DNA of 64,000 bases from Oikopleura dioica (Eukaryota; Animalia; Chordata). This document shows positions 24,318-36,460 of the stretch, piece by piece; the stretch's first letter is position 1, and every line of letters starts with the position of its first letter. Made by a program: the position numbers and the translations under genes. The notes below the pieces were generated by a model, which was not told the DNA's origin, ran no database searches, and saw only the letters and a program-made list of their open reading frames with translations. The stretch covers positions 8,060,001 to 8,124,000 of the forward strand of contig OU015569.1 of assembly GCA_907165135.1 (NCBI GenBank). The letters run 5' to 3'.

Positions 24318-25825
24318 CTAATGATTTTCATCTATTTTATAATTTTCTGCGACGTTTCCGAAGTCGACAGTTATTTTTGCATTACGAATCATAAAATTCG
24401 TTCGACTACGAGACTCGACTACATTTCTGAATTCTAGTATATCTTTTGCCACGGTCATCGTCCATAGAATATCCTGTTTGGGACACCTGGACAGCGTTGG
24501 GCGCTGGAGGCGAATTTCCACCGCTAGTTCCGCGCTGGCTACTTGACGAAATTGACAGACGTTAAATACCTTTGCCAGCGCGGGAGGATTATTTGGGGTA
24601 AGAGGGACTCGTCTGCCCTGCTATCCGGCGGGTGACCAGAATGGCCGGACCAAGCGGGTGACAAGTCCGCCCTGGCCGGACTGCCCTTCTCCGCAGGTGA
24701 CTGCGAGTCTCGGTGGGAAATTGCGAAGTGACCTTACAAAATCTTGATCATAAGGGTGTTCCGACAGTGCAGCTTATCTGCACTAGGTTCATTTTTCAGA
24801 GGATCAAGAGCATTTTTCTTCAAAAATTTTCAGGAAAAAGGCTATTTATACAAAAACGAATATGAAGATTCCGAAAATCGAGGTAATAACTTCTGAAAAT
24901 GAAAGTTTCTTCATGAAAACATGCATCAAAGAACATCCTCTTCTTATCTAATTATATAACAGCTGTCTTATGATCTTCTTTCCTGTTTAAATTTCCTTTA
25001 ATGTTCTTCCAGCTGATCTTCTGACACTTATTCTTACCGTCACGGTGAAAACAAGTGAGCTGTACGCTATCTTTGTAAACGCTCCTGACTGTAACTTGAT
25101 TACTGGGATGTGGCAAAATCTCTGAGCCTGCTTTACCAATTGGCAAAGCTTTTTTGAGTTTCGAAAATATCTCACTCATTTCTGATTGAACGAGAAGGAG
25201 AGAACAATTAAATAGCTTTCCGTTAGGTGGAAACATAAACGAAGCATCTGTAATTACTCCGACAAAGTCAGAAGATCAGCTGGAAGAAAGTTAAAGGAAA
25301 TTCAAACAGAAAAGAAGATCATAAGACAGCTGTTATATAATTAGATAAGAAGAGGATGTTCTTTGATGCATGTTTTCATGAAGAAACTTTCATTTTCAGA
25401 AGATATTACCTCGATTTTCGGAATCTTCATATTCGTTTTTGTATAAATAGCCTTTTTCCTGAAAATTTTTGAAGAAAAATGCTCTTGATCCTCTGAAAAA
25501 TGAACCTAGTGCAGATAAGCTGCACTGTCGGAACACCCTTATGATCAAGATTTTGTAAGGTCACTTCGCAATTTCCCACCGAGACTCGCAGTCACCTGCG
25601 TAGAAGGGCAGTCCGGCCAGGGCGGACTTGTCACCCGCTTGGTCCGGCCATTCTGGTCACCCGCCGGATAGCAGGGCAGACGAGTCCCTCCTGACTCGGA
25701 TTATTTCCATATCGAGGTCGGTCTAAACCAGCAGGGCGAAACGGGCGCACACAAACTCTAGCAGGGCAAGAAGAGTCCTTCTCCTCGAGTACCGGAAACT
25801 GCCCTCCCTTTTCTCCGAAACGCAT
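24318..25825 (-). pseudogene. Interrupted ORF (131 aa after removing the foldback element and one TSD copy)
   Basis: ORF 25825-> ...GLDRPRYGNNP| continues in frame into |PALAKVFNVCQFRQVASAELAVEIRLQRPT...KIDENH* (stop at 24318-24320) on excision. Product not recognised. Confidence 0.4.
24595..25697. mobile_element. Foldback/Mutator-like non-autonomous element with ~425-bp TIRs and a 9-bp TSD
   Basis: Arms 24602-25025 and 25267-25690 are near-perfect reverse complements (about 2 mismatches over the outer ~370 bp, more in the inner part). Spacer ~240 bp. GGATTATTT at 24586-24594 and 25698-25706, each exactly 7 bp outside the arms. Confidence 0.88.
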
Positions 25826-28800
25826 TCTTCGCCGAGTTCATATCTACAATCACACGTTTGTTTGAAGAGCCATTACTTTTGAGAGTTTGCTCTTCTTAGG
25901 AGTCCGCGATTCACTCACTTTTATGCTCCCTGTTTGCTCATCCGTTTTCGTTTCGTATACGCGTCGTGTGTGTCCTTAAACTCCGCCGGAACTCTTAACT
26001 TCTGTTTAGCATCCTTTTGGCATTTGCGGCAGCGCATGAAATTTTCTGCGATAAGATTTCATTTCGATTTGGTAGCTTGATCTGGCACTTGGCCAGGCGC
26101 GCTCAGAAGACACTCGGGAATATAAATTATTCATCTCATTGTCAATGGCGCTCGCCTCAAGGGTGTGCAGAGCGATTATTTTAATACAACACTTGAGTGC
26201 GGTCGAGTGCGATTTTCAAAGTCGCGAAACACAAAAATTAGGGAATGGCTATGGCGACATTCAACAAATATTTACAAGTGTTAAGCTCCTCTTTTAGACA
26301 AAAGTACCCTAAACGCAAGGGGATTAGCTTGAGCGCCCTACCCATAAATATTGATACTGCCGATATATAAATATTTTTGAGCCACAAGTCGATTCTTACT
26401 CATTCGAAAAGGTTTCCAAGTGCGAACGATTTAGGACCGGGCTGTTTGTTATTGATAGCGGGCTTTATTTTTAAATGAGATATTTTGTTATAAAGGAAAT
26501 AAGAAGCCGGAAGCTGATTCTGCGCCGGGAGAGACGTCTTGACGAGAAGGTCAATATTTGAGAGAGGGAAAGAGTCTGTTCCGAAAGACTATTCATTTTA
26601 CGACACGATAGATGTCAACCATTAACAAACATGTACACAGCGATCTGAGGCCACTACTCCGAAAATGGGGAGGATATTTAATTCAGAATAATTAGGGCGG
26701 CGAGAAAAGGAGTGTTGACATTGCGACGCACCCGGGGGAATGGCCGCCGCACATATTCTGACAAGAATTATCGAAACCGTATCAGCGCTGTTGTGCTCTC
26801 ACGCAAATAGAATCTGAACTCAACGGCTACTTAGAGCACCGTGCTAAAAATTCGCACCGCATCGCAGTCGAAAATTTTGGAAAATGTACATCCCTGATCG
26901 CACCCAATTAAATTTCAAGATTTCAATTATGACCCTACGAATGGGTGATTGTAAATCACCTCGCCCTCTATTAATTCGCAAGGGTTCGAACTTAAGTCTG
27001 GCCGATAGTTTGTAATGTAAACATCTTGATTCACTGTCGGGCGACTTTACTGTAGAAGCGAAAAAGCTCTGCGCAAATGAACTGCGAAAAATCGAAACTG
27101 TTACTTCTCTTCTCGTCAAGTTTACAGCTCTTAGCACCTACCATTAGTACTCGTCTAACGCGACTGACGATCAACAGGTCAAAAGCCCCCTTGAAATGAG
27201 TTTTTTCTGTTATTACAATGGTAAAATAAATAACTAGAACTCCTCCAAACCGAAAGCTGTAACTTGGTTTGGACATACTTTTTAGTAAACAAGAAAAAGC
27301 ATACTTGCGAAAATACCGGTAGTGGCCTTTGGGAAAATGGTATGTGAGCGATAATAATTGCTCAAATATTTAGAGAGCCTTGGAACATGGTAAACTTTTG
27401 GGCTCCTCGAGTTGACGACGTAGGGATATGCTTACGCAGCGCCAGTAAATTACTGTAGCTCTATCCGCTTTATCAATTGCTCAAACGATCAGCTTATTTT
27501 TCGATGGATGTTTGCCCGAGATCGATTTGGTTTTCATAGTTTATGCTATCTGTAAAACTTTTACAGTGCAAAGGAGTGCAGAATACAGAAATGGCTGAGA
27601 AAAGAAAATCTAGTCTTGAATCGTGTTAATCGTGCAGATACTATTTGACTGAAAATGTGATTTGCTCAAAGAGTGCTGAGCGGGCGCGGATTAGAGTTGG
27701 CTTATCGTTGATCCGTGCGGATAATCAAAGCACAAAATATGTTTGCCGAGAAAAAACATCTTGTATTTATGCGTCTTTCCCTTATCAAGAATGACCTCTT
27801 AATATAATCAGGAGAACTTGACTGGCTAGGTGCTTTTTACTAAATAAGGAGCGACAGTGTTTATTTATTCTGTTTGGGACGTGTGATGTTAATAAATGAT
27901 TGCATGAGCATTCATACTCGCGATATAGAAGTAATTTATTCATAAGCTTGGATTAATTATTTACAGTATATTCCCTCGAGCAGAACAGCTAGAGAGAAGT
28001 CTTCGAAGAAAAGATCCAAAAGAGATCGCGGGCTCCCTCTCTCAGCGCACCCAAGCGGGCTCTTTTCTTTCGTTTGACGGCAGCGTAATAAATACTATTT
28101 GCAGTAGACTTTCGATACTACTATCTCGCGAAAACTTTCATAGTGAAAAGAATACCCACGTTTAGCCCTCACTGTGTTAAAAAACTTATCTTCATCTTTG
28201 ATATCAAGACTTAAGATTTTAAATAAGATTCGGAATACATGTCATTTACGGCAGAGTAAACGAAAAAAGTTATAGTTAGGCTCTTAAGATGTGAGCTCAA
28301 CTAAATCGCCAGATCATTAACTAGAACTTTAGTTCGTTAACGATACTAAAAAAAAGTAATCGATTAAAAAAGGAGTTCCGTAAAAATCAATTACTTATCA
28401 AATTTTGCAACTACTATTTTGGGATCCAGAACGGACGAATTTGGAAAGACTTCAGTGCAACAAAAGAACATTGATAGGGGCTCAGGGCACTAGAAAATAG
28501 TATTATATAAATGAATAAAATATATATATCTGGTCTAAAAGTTGTTATGGTAATTCATCGAAAATAGAATTGAAATTTGAGTAAGTACCGTAATGGGAGA
28601 TTATGAATCTCTCACTTTATTGCGCTCGTTAAATGTGTTTACAGTAAACATGGCTCAAAAACCGCATTTTGTGCCGCGTCACGCGAGGCTGGCGTCCCGT
28701 CCGTTCGTTTTCTTTTCTACTCCGTGGCCTCCCTAAGCAACGCTCCCGACTTACCCTAGCAAACACGCTCATCGACGAAGCCCAATTAATTCGAGATCTA

Positions 28801-29583
28801 TGTGAATTCGGAATAAATGAACTCTCATCGTCACTTTTTTGAAATCGGATTCAACTTGCTTTTTTAACTTTTGGGTAATATTATTAAACCCGTTCCTAAA
28901 AAGCTCGTCCGAGTCCGGTCTGGGAACAGACAGTTGTAATTTCTGAAGGCAAACTAATCGTTTCCACGAAATATAAAGTTTTGGTTATTAAATGCCTTTT
29001 TCATTATTATATCATATAATTTAAATGAGAAGACGGCAGCTTGGGAGCGGCCCATTGGTGCAATTTACGAGTAAAAGTATATTTTGATAAATGTGGGCGT
29101 TTTATTGCTCACTACCGGTGGCGGACGATGATACATAGCGCGGTTCTTATTGCGCTAGGTGGGTCAGTTCTATTTCCTACATCAGCGATAAAGTCTCTTA
29201 TCACTAATCCGGGTATCGAATAATAAGAGCTGTTGTTTACACCTCAAATAGATATCGGCGATAAAAGGGGCTTTACAATATCTTTAGCTTGCCCCGTTCT
29301 TTGGCAATCATTAAAGAGTTACAGAGTAACATTATGAAAGTTTTCCCTGTAAAATTTACAGTTCTCAAGAGGCGGTTAAGACGAAGTAGCGGATTTTTGT
29401 AATTGTTAAACCCTCAATCGGGTGAGATTTTGTTTGATTTGTGTGGAGACCAGACGACCGCTTGGATAGTAGACAAAACTTGAGAGTCGTAGAATAAAAA
29501 AGCGGAAGAGATCAAAAGCTCAGCTGAGCAGCAGTTAACGCTGTTCAGGTGCTAGAAACAAATAAAGAAGAGACCCAGAAATA

Positions 29584-32500
29584 ATGAAGTTTCATAAGGA
29601 ATTGAGGCGACAAATACTCCAGCATGCACCAGAGTGGAGAAATGAATTTTTAAATTATGCGAAGCGGATTTTCGAGCGGCAAAGAATTGATGATATTTAA
29701 AAAAAAATGTATAGAAATCCGCCTGATAGAACGTTTCCGGGAGGAGAATTTTATTCAGTCTCCTTTTTATATTCAGGTTGCCGGTGCAAGCGTCTAGCCC
29801 TAATTACTATTATTTAAAACTCTCCGCCTTGTTGGAAGAAGTGAAATGTAAATTTTTAGTTTGCGTAGATCAATCGTAAAACAAAGTCATAGCTGTCGAA
29901 ACTCTATTCTCGTACTTAAATTTTGCGAGCGGCAATAAAGAATTTAAAGGACGAAATGTCAAATTCAATAAGATTCTTTATGGACAGATTGGGCTACATT
30001 CAAACAAGACTTGAGCACTTAGACTCCGTGTTGCTCTGGGTCTACCATCGTCTACTGACTGAGTGGTTGCTCGCTCTCCATAGCTGAGACCTTGTAGACC
30101 CAAGTTAAGGCTACTTTATACAACAACAAAGAGGCTTTAAACGAGGCTAAGTCCACTCAAAATGCACAGAAAACTTGTGAGTGGCTTTCAAGTTCGATTC
30201 CGGAACTTTATCTGCTTACAAAGGTAAACTACCGAACTTAGCTAGTTATTGATTCGAGGAGAAACTGGAATTGTATCGCACCCTGAACATCGAGAGTTTC
30301 CGCAAGTTGCTGAAAAAGTATGACAAGCGCAGGGGAAGCACAGACGGATGGAACACTTTTGCTCGCTTCACTTTTCCGTTAAGCGACGCTGCGGCTAGCA
30401 TTCTTGAGAATCTGGAGCAGAAAATGATCAAACTTCTCGGCGATCGTAAACGCGCGATGACGCTGCTTAGAGTGCCCGGACTTTCTTCACAAGGAAAGGT
30501 CAAACTCAGTTTATAATCGAACGCGCCTTTTGTAAACAAAAAAATTCGAAATTCATGCTCTTCATACGGAGGCAGTTTATTGCTGTCAAAAGCGACGGTT
30601 AAAAGAATCAAGCATAAAACTGTACGCAGCTTGTAAATTTTGTGCGTCGCGATTTGCGTTTTCAACACTAAAGAAGGTAATATTTGACCTGGTGATGGAG
30701 TCGAGAAGTGCGATTGCAAATCGCTTCTTATCACTGGATTTATGGGTAATTAAAGTGCAACGACGATTTATTACTTTGGCTAAACACTTTTAGCTGGAAT
30801 TTCAGTAGCTTCTTGGGGAATAAGTGCCTTTTGCTTTATAGGTGAGGTTAGCACTCCCGTTGACTCGCTGAGTAAACCTGTTTAGAGCTGATGATAGCGA
30901 GTCTTCCGTCTCTGTTGACCTCTATTACACTCTTATGCTATTCCGGCCATCAGCTTTTTGCTGGATTTTTATGGTTCTCTTCGCTATCAACATTCATATT
31001 TGGTCTTCCTTTGGGATAAACTGGTCACTTATGAACGTTTTCTAGCAAACTAAAAATGATTTAAAAGTGAAAAAAACTTGTCAAAGTTTCAAGTTAGACC
31101 CTCGAAAAATACTCAATGCAACTAAAATGGCATACATTTCAGGAAAGGCGAAGAGTTTGCTCTTAAAAAATAGCATAAACAGGTTTAATTCGCCGTTGAA
31201 AATCTCTTTTATGTTTTCTTTGGTCAGCTGCCTTACTTGCTTATTCTTTGATAGGTAATCAATCAATCAATTCTATTTTTTATGAAAATTCTAGTGGCAC
31301 TGAACTCTTCCTTGATATCCGTGCTCTATCTGCTGCCGATTCTTATCAATGTTTCCTTTGTCATAAAATTCTTACTTAATCGGTGAGCTTTCCTTTATGG
31401 ATAATTTTGTCATCAATTCTAGATCGATTGGGTTCAAGTCAACAGCTAACTGGCTTCAAGAAAGGCTGAAATGGATTCTGAATATTTCACCGGAACCAAA
31501 CACCTTTCATCCTATTTAGAGCTGTTCTCATTCGTGAGCTTTTCGCTGGCTTCGTCAAAGTCGAATTTGTCGATTTCTGGCTTGCTGATCAGTTCAATTC
31601 TCTCGTCGGTATTTTTATGGACACGGAATTCTTCATATGCTTTTTGAATTCTCATCCTGAATTATCTCTCCTTCCAAAAGCAAATATCACGGAATCACCT
31701 ACCGTGGAAATTTCAACCTTAGTTTCAACTAAAGCATACCACTGTGGGAATTATTCATTAGACAGTGGATACTTCTGGCCCTATTTTCGTCTGATTATGG
31801 CTTGCTATCCCGGTAAAGAAATTACATAACCAACGGACAAAAAAGATCATCCTTTTAGCTTGGATTCGCCTTCTCCAGTGCCTGAGAAGATACCACGATG
31901 ATAGTCGTGTCACTCATTTATACAATACGGCCAAGTATTCGACGAGTTTTCTCAAGTACGGAATGGCGTTTTATTATGCGCAGAAACCTTCTGTATATAA
32001 TTTTTACCTCTTATGCGGTGGATACTTCTGTTCAAGGTGAGTTTGGATTTGGTAAGACAATTTTTATCGATTTCAAGTGTGTTTACCCTCTATTGGGACT
32101 TGATTCACGATTGGGAACATGTTGAAAAAGAAATATTATTAAAATATAACTGCTGAGATATAATTTTCAACGGCGAAAAGGGATTCTCTATGAAATCGGA
32201 AAAGAACTCATACCTAAGAGGTGATCTTGCTTACACCTCACGATCTGGTTCCAACTTGTTTTATTACATAGCAATCATTGAAAACTCACTGCTCCGGTTT
32301 ATTTGGATACCGCAGGTTACATGCAATTTGTCGTTTCTTTTATCTAAAGCTTTTTCAGTTTTTACTTATGCGTTCGGAGTACTTCAGTAACGCTTCAATT
32401 TTTGCTAAAACAGCTCTTTCGACGGCGATCTTATTTCTCGAGATGCTTCGTCGATTCATTTGGGTATAAAATCTTGCATTGAAATTAAGAAAAAAACATA

Positions 32501-32604
32501 CATTTCAGAATTTCTTGCGATTGGAAAATGAACACTTCAATAATTGTGGTGAGTTTCGTACCGTCCGGACAAAGATCTTAGAAAAAAGAATAAACTTTCT
32601 GTAG
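29584..32604 (+). CDS. XPR1: SPX-EXS phosphate exporter (XPR1/SYG1)
   Basis: SPX start [17 protein letters not shown]; [15 protein letters not shown]; [13 protein letters not shown]; GINWSLIFKLDPR; [16 protein letters not shown]; [23 protein letters not shown]; YWDLIHDW; LRFIW; [26 protein letters not shown]. Confidence 0.95.
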
Positions 32605-32812
32605 ACCTTCTTTAATTATTCTGTACACTTTCACCTTACTTGCCAACTTTGTTTCAATAACACTGTGATTAAAAGAAGAAGATTTATTCTAAATCGCATT
32701 TGTTTTGCAGAGTAGTTTTTTGAAATTGCGGCGAAAGATGATTTATTGGTTCTTGCCCTTTTCTGATTGGAACAGGTTTAGGCGCCTAGGAGGAACGAGA
32801 AGGAATTTGGCT

Positions 32813-34036
32813 TTAGTAAGGAGTAGGTCTGCCGCGTCCTCGGCCACCTGCTCCGCCACCTCGTCCGCCCCTGCCGCCTCCAGCACCACCACCTCTAGGA
32901 CCGTGCGGGGGTTGTGCGTGTGGTCCGCCCCACTGTTGTCCGTAGCCAGTGTATCCTTGTCCCCATTGCTGGGGTGGAATCATATAACCCCCGTACGGTT
33001 GTTGGTATCCGTAGCTCATTCCTGCTGGAGCGCCGCCGTAAAATTGACCAACTGGCGCCATTCTTTCTTTGGCGATTCCTTCTTTGCATTCGCAGCGCTT
33101 TCCATCGATTTCGTGGTACCTCTCTGAAAGGGAGTTCCTCAATTATCTATCCGAAAGACTTACGTTTAATGCATTTGCTATTGACGCCATCTTTTTTAAA
33201 AATGACGAAACAAAATGGCTTGTTCTCGTTAGTCTGCTTGTTCATAGGACGATCGACTGACTCCACCTCTCCGAATTGGGTGAAATACTCTTTAATCGTG
33301 TCTACACTTGTGTCGGGCTTCACTCCACCGACAAACATTTTTCCATCGCGCCTCTCCGCCTTCTTTGGGTCTATCCGTTTGCCGTCGAGGTTGTGCGGGC
33401 CGGCGGCGAGTACCTTCCCGATGGATTCTTCGGCAGTGAACATCACGAAACCAAAGCCACGAGAGGTCCCAGTTGACGGATCAGTTTTGACAACAACGTC
33501 TTTCACATCACCGTACCTTAATTGCTTGTCTTCTTTCTGCTAAGCGACTCCTAAGAACTTACGCTTCAAAGTACGCTCGAAATGCTTCGACAGTGGTCTT
33601 TTTGGACAAACCACCGACAAACATTTTGTTCTCATTCCCAATTTCATTATTGTCAATAAGCGATCCCGCCTAAAAATTGGTTCAACTTGGAGTAGTAACG
33701 GGCGAATAAATAAAGTTCGCGAAAGCTCACCTTCGTATCGATTTCAGCACTCATTGTGGCGGAGTTCTCTAGGGGGTCTTCTATCTGATAACTGTAAGGG
33801 ACGATTGAGGGGCTTGACTGGACCTACCTGCGAGTAGGAACCGTAAAAGGCGAATTGTGTTGCCGAAAAAAGAAAACTGCTCCTCCAATCCTAGAATGAT
33901 GGTGCATTTTGCACATGAGGACCCCCGCAGGCAAGATTATCCTGCCAGGTCGAACTTACCCTTGTAGAACCATGCGAACTTTTTCAATTTTGGGACACTC
34001 ATTCGGGACACACTGGTCAATGTTTAACTTTACCAT
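32813..34036 (-). CDS. hnRNP A/B/D (Squid/Hrp40)-type RNA-binding protein, two RRMs plus Gly/Tyr/RGG tail
   Basis: RRM1: KMFVGGLS (RNP2) and RGFGFVMF (RNP1). RRM2: KMFVGGVK and KPFCFVIF. Tail GGRGGRGGGAGGRGRGRPTPY*. Core start MSAEIDTK at 33754, with an in-frame spliced extension from ATG 34036. Confidence 0.93.
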
Positions 34037-34248
34037 ATTCTTGATTAAATAATAATGATTACAATACGACGCGACTTTATATTTCCCTAACAGCTTTCAC
34101 TTCTTTCACTGCCTCAAATAGTAAAAACAAAACGGAAAGAGCTGGATTATCATTTTTTTCTCTTTTGTAGACATCTTGTTGATATCTTTATGAAGCTATT
34201 TAAATTCTCGGTTTCGTTGTAGAAAGTTCCTTTAAACATAGCTCAAAT

Positions 34249-35491
34249 ATGGTTGTCCTGGCTACCATAGCAGATTTATTTACTAAAACCACCATTATTA
34301 TACGTTAGTTTTTTCTGCACCAAATTATCAGAGAATAAGGAAAATAACGAACGTGTAATAGAGTCAAGTGAAGGAAGAAAAAATGGATCCGCCGGACGGG
34401 GGAATGATAGATGGCACTTTAGACGCGTCCAGGCAATGGTTAGATCCGGGAGCGTGTTCAAATCGGTTACCAAGAGACTGGGCAAATTGTATGTGTGCCC
34501 AAAAATGTAGAAACAGATAGCTTATCACATTTGCTCAACGCATTATCCGACCATTTTCTCAGTAGACCCGCCATTATGCAGTACCGAAAAGAGTCTAAAT
34601 CACCAGGAACGAGATCAGACTCCTTCTCTTCAATTAGCTACTAAGAAAGAAATGTATCTCTGAACCTAAAAACCCTATTTATGGGAGCTCTCATTAGATT
34701 TTGCTTTGGTTAGTAAATGTTCAAATTTAACGGAAGATAAATGTAGCGACTCGGGTAAGTGCAGTATTTGCATAAGCTGAAAGTCTTGTTAGCTTTTACT
34801 ATCATCTGTCGAAGAAGACGACACGGAGATTTCTAAGGCTCTGATCCGTCATAAAGAATTCCGCCGCGAAATTGCACTGCCCAGCGAGTCTCGTCCAGTT
34901 CCAAAAAATATAACTCAGAGCTTTTCTTCAGCATCTTCGAGTTCTAGTCAGAGATACCTTGATATCATTAATTGGAAGCCGGTAAGAGAAATTTGAACAG
35001 TTTTGTGATCATAACAAAAAGTAGCTTCTCTTTTTTCGAGATTTTCTATTCTTGAGCTGTCTAAGCTCCGGAGATACAGGATTTCGAAACCAATTTTGCG
35101 TTTTCCATTGAAAAAGACTCAATGGACTTAAAGTTATACAGGTGTTTAAACAAATTTAAGCATAACAATGCTCAAGTACAAAAACTGCTGACGAAAACAA
35201 AATCGACTCTTCCCGAACAGAATAAAAAAGTAAATTTTACATGAAATTAATTAATGAAATTAAATTAAAAAGGAAAAGGAAGAAGATTCTACCGACTCAT
35301 CGAAAGAAAAAGAACATCGTCCCAAAAACGTACGATTGATGGACTCTCCAAAGGGTCAATCTACTGGCTCTAGAAGATCGAACGTAGTGTCAAGGGGAGC
35401 CCAGAATACAGATACGCCTCAGAAAAATACTATCCATGCTTCTGAATTGGCAAGTGTATCGGGTTTGAGTACAATAAGTAATAAAAGGTGA
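34249..35491 (+). CDS. Uncharacterised multi-exon Ser/Lys-rich protein, divergent from the hnRNP gene
   Basis: Open segments bounded by GT/AG, for example RPAIMQYRKESKSPGTRSDSFSS; SVEEDDTEISKALIRHKEFRREIALPSESRP; KEEDSTDSSKEKEHRPKNVRLMDSPKG...NKR*. Confidence 0.45.
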
Positions 35492-35649
35492 GATTTTTCA
35501 AGATATGCTGAACCAAAAGGCTCTGTTTGAAAAAATATTTTGAAAGGGATATTCCCGTTGAGCAATTTAAATGCGCGAACTCAGCGGGCTGGAATCGAAA
35601 TTTGGCATCAAAGTCGACAAAAATGTAAAACCAAGCTTCGTTCTATAAT

Positions 35650-36380
35650 GATTAAGAAACTTGCTTAGGCCGACGTCGCTAAAACGTAACTGGATAATAA
35701 CAACAACATGTTTCGCTCTCTACTACAGTAAAGTTTTAACTGTTAACACAATTTTCTTTCATCGAGGCTTCATTCTTATACTTACAAAGAACTACAGTAA
35801 CGCACGACAGAAGCAACTAACAATGATAATAGATTGTAGCTTTTAACATACGAAGTGTTTCTTATGATCCTCTACAGTGTAGGGTTAGGCAATCTACTCA
35901 GGTAAATATCTTTTCAGCATTCGCGCTTTCAACATCCATTTCGACATTGACACGGGAAACCATCATGGATGGTGCATAGCTCCTCCGCCGTCGAACGAAT
36001 TTTACTCGAAAGCTACTGTCAGAAGCTGGGAGGCGCAACGCGTGAACGGTGAGCAGCCATTGATTTCATATTCAATGACTATCACAAAGAAAAGATTGTT
36101 TTTACACAAACATCGTTGAAAGTCCACGGAAACTCGATATTAAACGAATAAATTTCGGATTAGTTTTAATAAACCTCAGCAAAAAATTTTCATTAGGTCG
36201 ATATTTTAAACCTTATTTTCAGTACCACTTTCCATCTTTTTTGAGACCACGACAACCATAAAAAAAGAAACTTACCGAATATCTCTTATTTGCTTGTAAA
36301 TTGTAAAATTTCAAACACATAAAAATTAGCGGCGTTAACATAAACCCATCAGAAGTGATGCTGTCACAATAGTTCCCATG
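35650..36380 (-). CDS. Possible small gene (NQWLLTVHALRLPASDSSFRVKFVRRRRSYAPSMMVSRVNVEMD), faintly NT-C2-like
   Basis: One convincing exon at ~35900-36070. The other exons are not resolved. Confidence 0.3.
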
Positions 36381-36460
36381 GTGATTGGCGCTCTTAGAAG
36401 CTAACGTTTGTTTGAACTAAAAGTCCAAGTCAGAGCGCAATCCTTATCAATTTCCGACAA

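Noticed and set aside
25760-25860. Peptide CDCRYELGEECVSE resembling the PLA2-like FGEMC segment
   Set aside because: Cys spacing is off and the YGCxC and D-x-L-D motifs are absent, so this is probably chance.
30194-30204. tRNA T-loop-like GTTCGATTCC
   Set aside because: It sits within an XPR1 coding exon, with no cloverleaf or A-box upstream.
32914-33543. 209-aa plus-strand ORF
   Set aside because: Antisense shadow of the hnRNP RRM/Gly-rich exons, with no independent protein features.
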